Shown here piece after piece: positions 62,226-64,000 of a stretch of 64,000 bases of DNA (position 1 is its first letter; each line of letters begins with the position of its first letter). Location: assembly GCA_965217775.1 (NCBI GenBank), contig CBDCJH010000002.1, positions 1 to 64,000 of the forward strand. Direction: 5' to 3'. Made by a program: the position numbers and the translations under genes. The notes beneath the pieces were generated by a model, which was not told the origin of the DNA, did not search any database, and worked only from the letters and a program-made list of their open reading frames with translations. The stretch is from Acidobacteriota bacterium (lineage in GTDB: Bacteria > Acidobacteriota > UBA6911 > RPQK01 > JAJDTT01).

Positions 62226-63107
62226 GTGCATCACCACTCGGCGGGCTCGCCTTTTACCATTCCTACCGGCAGCGTAACAAGCGCCATCTTTACGGTAACC
62301 CGGAGCCTTGGGCCAGCTTCTTCCGTTACCGTAGGCGTCGTCGATTTGCCGAGTCTGCCGTCAGATCATAGCGGCTATAAATTGGTAAAATCTCCCACAT
62401 TACCCTTGGTCGTTCTTGACGCACTGGGTCTGAACTTTCCCCATTTCGCCAATGGGGAGTCCATATTCTCCGACTTGGTCCTGGTGAATGTAGGGGCCAC
62501 GTCCATCCGCCCTGCCATCTACTTTTACGATACCGAGGGGAATCCCATTAACGCCGAATCGGTAGTGGATATCTCTGAAGACCTGGAGATCTGCGAAGAT
62601 GGTGCTTTGGGCACCCAGACGGAGTTGGCGTCCCTAGAGGAACGGACCATTTCGACCCACGGCCGAGCGGAACTGGTGACCGGGTCGGTGCAGGTGATCG
62701 CAAACGGCCCCCTGGGCGGGTTCTTGCGCTTCGACAGTCCGGGACTGGGAGTGGCTGGCGTGGGGACGGGCCCACCCGCCAGCGATGTGATCTTCCCAGC
62801 TCGCCGACAGGAAGAAGGGATCAACACCGGAGCCGCGGTCCGCAACCTGACCGGACTCGAGATGGCAGTGACTTGCCGATTGATGCAAGGTGGCGGCGTG
62901 CTGGACGAGGCGGAGATCCCGCTGGCAGCCAATGGACAGGCGGCGCAATTCATTCACGAGATGTTCCCTGGGACCGACACCTCCGATTTTGTGGGGTCGG
63001 TGCGCTGCAGGGTGTCTGGAGGGGGAAGGTTCACGGGAGTGGCTTTGGAGATGGATGCCAACAACCGCATCTTTACGACGCTTCCTGTCGTTCCGATTCC
63101 ACGATGA
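62226..63107 (+). CDS. Orphan or 5'-truncated protein carrying one copy of the conserved C-terminal domain
   Basis: LNFPHFANGESIFSDLVLVNV...ISTHGR..VTGSV...IFTTLPVVPIPR is homologous to the giant protein C-termini; no signal peptide. Confidence 0.7.
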   Translation: MHHHSAGSPFTIPTGSVTSAIFTVTRSLGPASSVTVGVVDLPSLPSDHSGYKLVKSPTLPLVVLDALGLNFPHFANGESIFSDLVLVNVGATSIRPAIYFYDTEGNPINAESVVDISEDLEICEDGALGTQTELASLEERTISTHGRAELVTGSVQVIANGPLGGFLRFDSPGLGVAGVGTGPPASDVIFPARRQEEGINTGAAVRNLTGLEMAVTCRLMQGGGVLDEAEIPLAANGQAAQFIHEMFPGTDTSDFVGSVRCRVSGGGRFTGVALEMDANNRIFTTLPVVPIPR

Positions 63108-63488
63108 TCGATCGAGAATAGCTGGCCAGGGCGTCGTCCTCAGAACCCGTCCAGGGTACGAAAAGTTGATCTTATTGCAGCCTGACCTCTTTCTGGGGGT
63201 GTCTGACCATCCTCTTGGAGAAATCCCCCCTCCGCCGCGAGGCGCAGGCAGAGCCTGAACGATGTCCAAGGGCCTATGTCTAATCTTTGGTCCGCCAGCG
63301 CCAAGCCAACATAGGCCCTCTGAGGGCGCCTTTGTTCTCGGGATCGGCCCCATTCGGTCCGGAAGCGTCGAACCAGCCCGAACCCTGATGCTGGAGCGCC
63401 AGGGCCGGAAGCGCTACGGCCTCCTATGGCTGCGGCCCGGGTGAAGATCCCTTCTCCTCGGGCCTCGAATTATTGTCGGTAAAGTACA

Positions 63489-63809
63489 TTACCGGGAGAC
63501 TGCGTCACGTGCCCTCGTGTCCTCCCGCCATCCGCGTGCTCTTCGTGCCTGCGCGAGTTCATAGCTCGCCTGCATTCGCATCCAGTGATCGGCCGTGCCC
63601 CAGCCGATAGCCTCCAGGGCGAGCGCCATGTTCGCGGACACGCCCGCTTTGCCGTTCAGTAGACGCGACAGGGTCCCTCGCTCGCACCCTAGGCGGGCCG
63701 CCGTCTCAGTCACGTTCCAGCCGACCTCGTCCATGCTCTCACGGATCAGTTCGCCCAGGTGCGGAGGGTTCAGCATCGGACCCACGCGCTCGCTGCCGGT
63801 GCCGTTCAT
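63489..63809 (-). CDS. higA: HigA (VapI-type) antitoxin
   Basis: NPPHLGELIRE, LSRLLNGKAGVSANMALAL and WMRMQASYEL; GGAGG RBS. Confidence 0.88.
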   Translation of the reverse strand: MNGTGSERVGPMLNPPHLGELIRESMDEVGWNVTETAARLGCERGTLSRLLNGKAGVSANMALALEAIGWGTADHWMRMQASYELAQARRARGWREDTRARDAVSR

Positions 63810-63826
63810 GATCTTTCCTCCTTCCA

Positions 63827-64000
63827 TCAGTGGTAATCAACCAGGTCCACATCCACGACCTCGGCGTCCTCGAAGCGGAACACAACGCGCCAGTTGCCCG
63901 AGACGCGAACACTCCATTGGCCCGCTCGGCCGCCTTTCAGGGGATGCAGCCGAAAACCGGGTGCGGCTGCACTACCCGGATGTGTTGCTTCTTGCAGCCG
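63827..64000 (-). CDS. higB: HigB (RelE-like) toxin, C-terminal part (runs off the window end)
   Basis: Manual translation PGFRLHPLKGGRAGQWSVRVSGNWRVVFRFEDAEVVDVDLVDYH*. Confidence 0.9.
   Translation of the reverse strand, partial: RLQEATHPGSAAAPGFRLHPLKGGRAGQWSVRVSGNWRVVFRFEDAEVVDVDLVDYH

Noticed and set aside
24096-63107. Diversity-generating retroelement using the orphan C-terminal copy as template
   Set aside because: No reverse transcriptase is present in the window, and differences between copies are not adenine-specific.

Overview
GC-rich bacterial window; gene content suggests an Acidobacteriota-like, possibly host- or sponge-associated genome (inference only). Left part (1-20.3 kb): a partial aldo/keto reductase, then a divergent vWA + ARPP-1-like / NrtR module with a perfect NrtR-type operator, followed by sugar/sugar-acid uptake and catabolism genes, a Kef-type antiporter and an 891-aa secreted protein of unknown function. 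Centre (20.5-59.4 kb): two directly oriented, internally deleted IS1182 copies enclose three small secreted glycine-zipper proteins and three giant paralogous secreted proteases (about 3290, 4330-4360 and 2860 aa). Each giant protein has an N-terminal protease head, a stalk of Ig-like/SwmB-like repeats, a Calx-beta-like domain, a 28-34 residue poly-proline tract, an FN3 domain and a tandem pair of a highly conserved unnamed C-terminal domain ending in FTTLPVVP. Both metzincin-type members are preceded by a separate gene encoding a secreted propeptide-like protein. Right part (57.8-64 kb): mobile-element debris (IS630 and IS3 fragments, a TTAA-flanked MITE), pseudogenes, an orphan copy of the C-terminal domain and two toxin-antitoxin loci. 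No rRNA, tRNA or CRISPR array was seen. All family calls are from motif recognition by eye; no database search was run.
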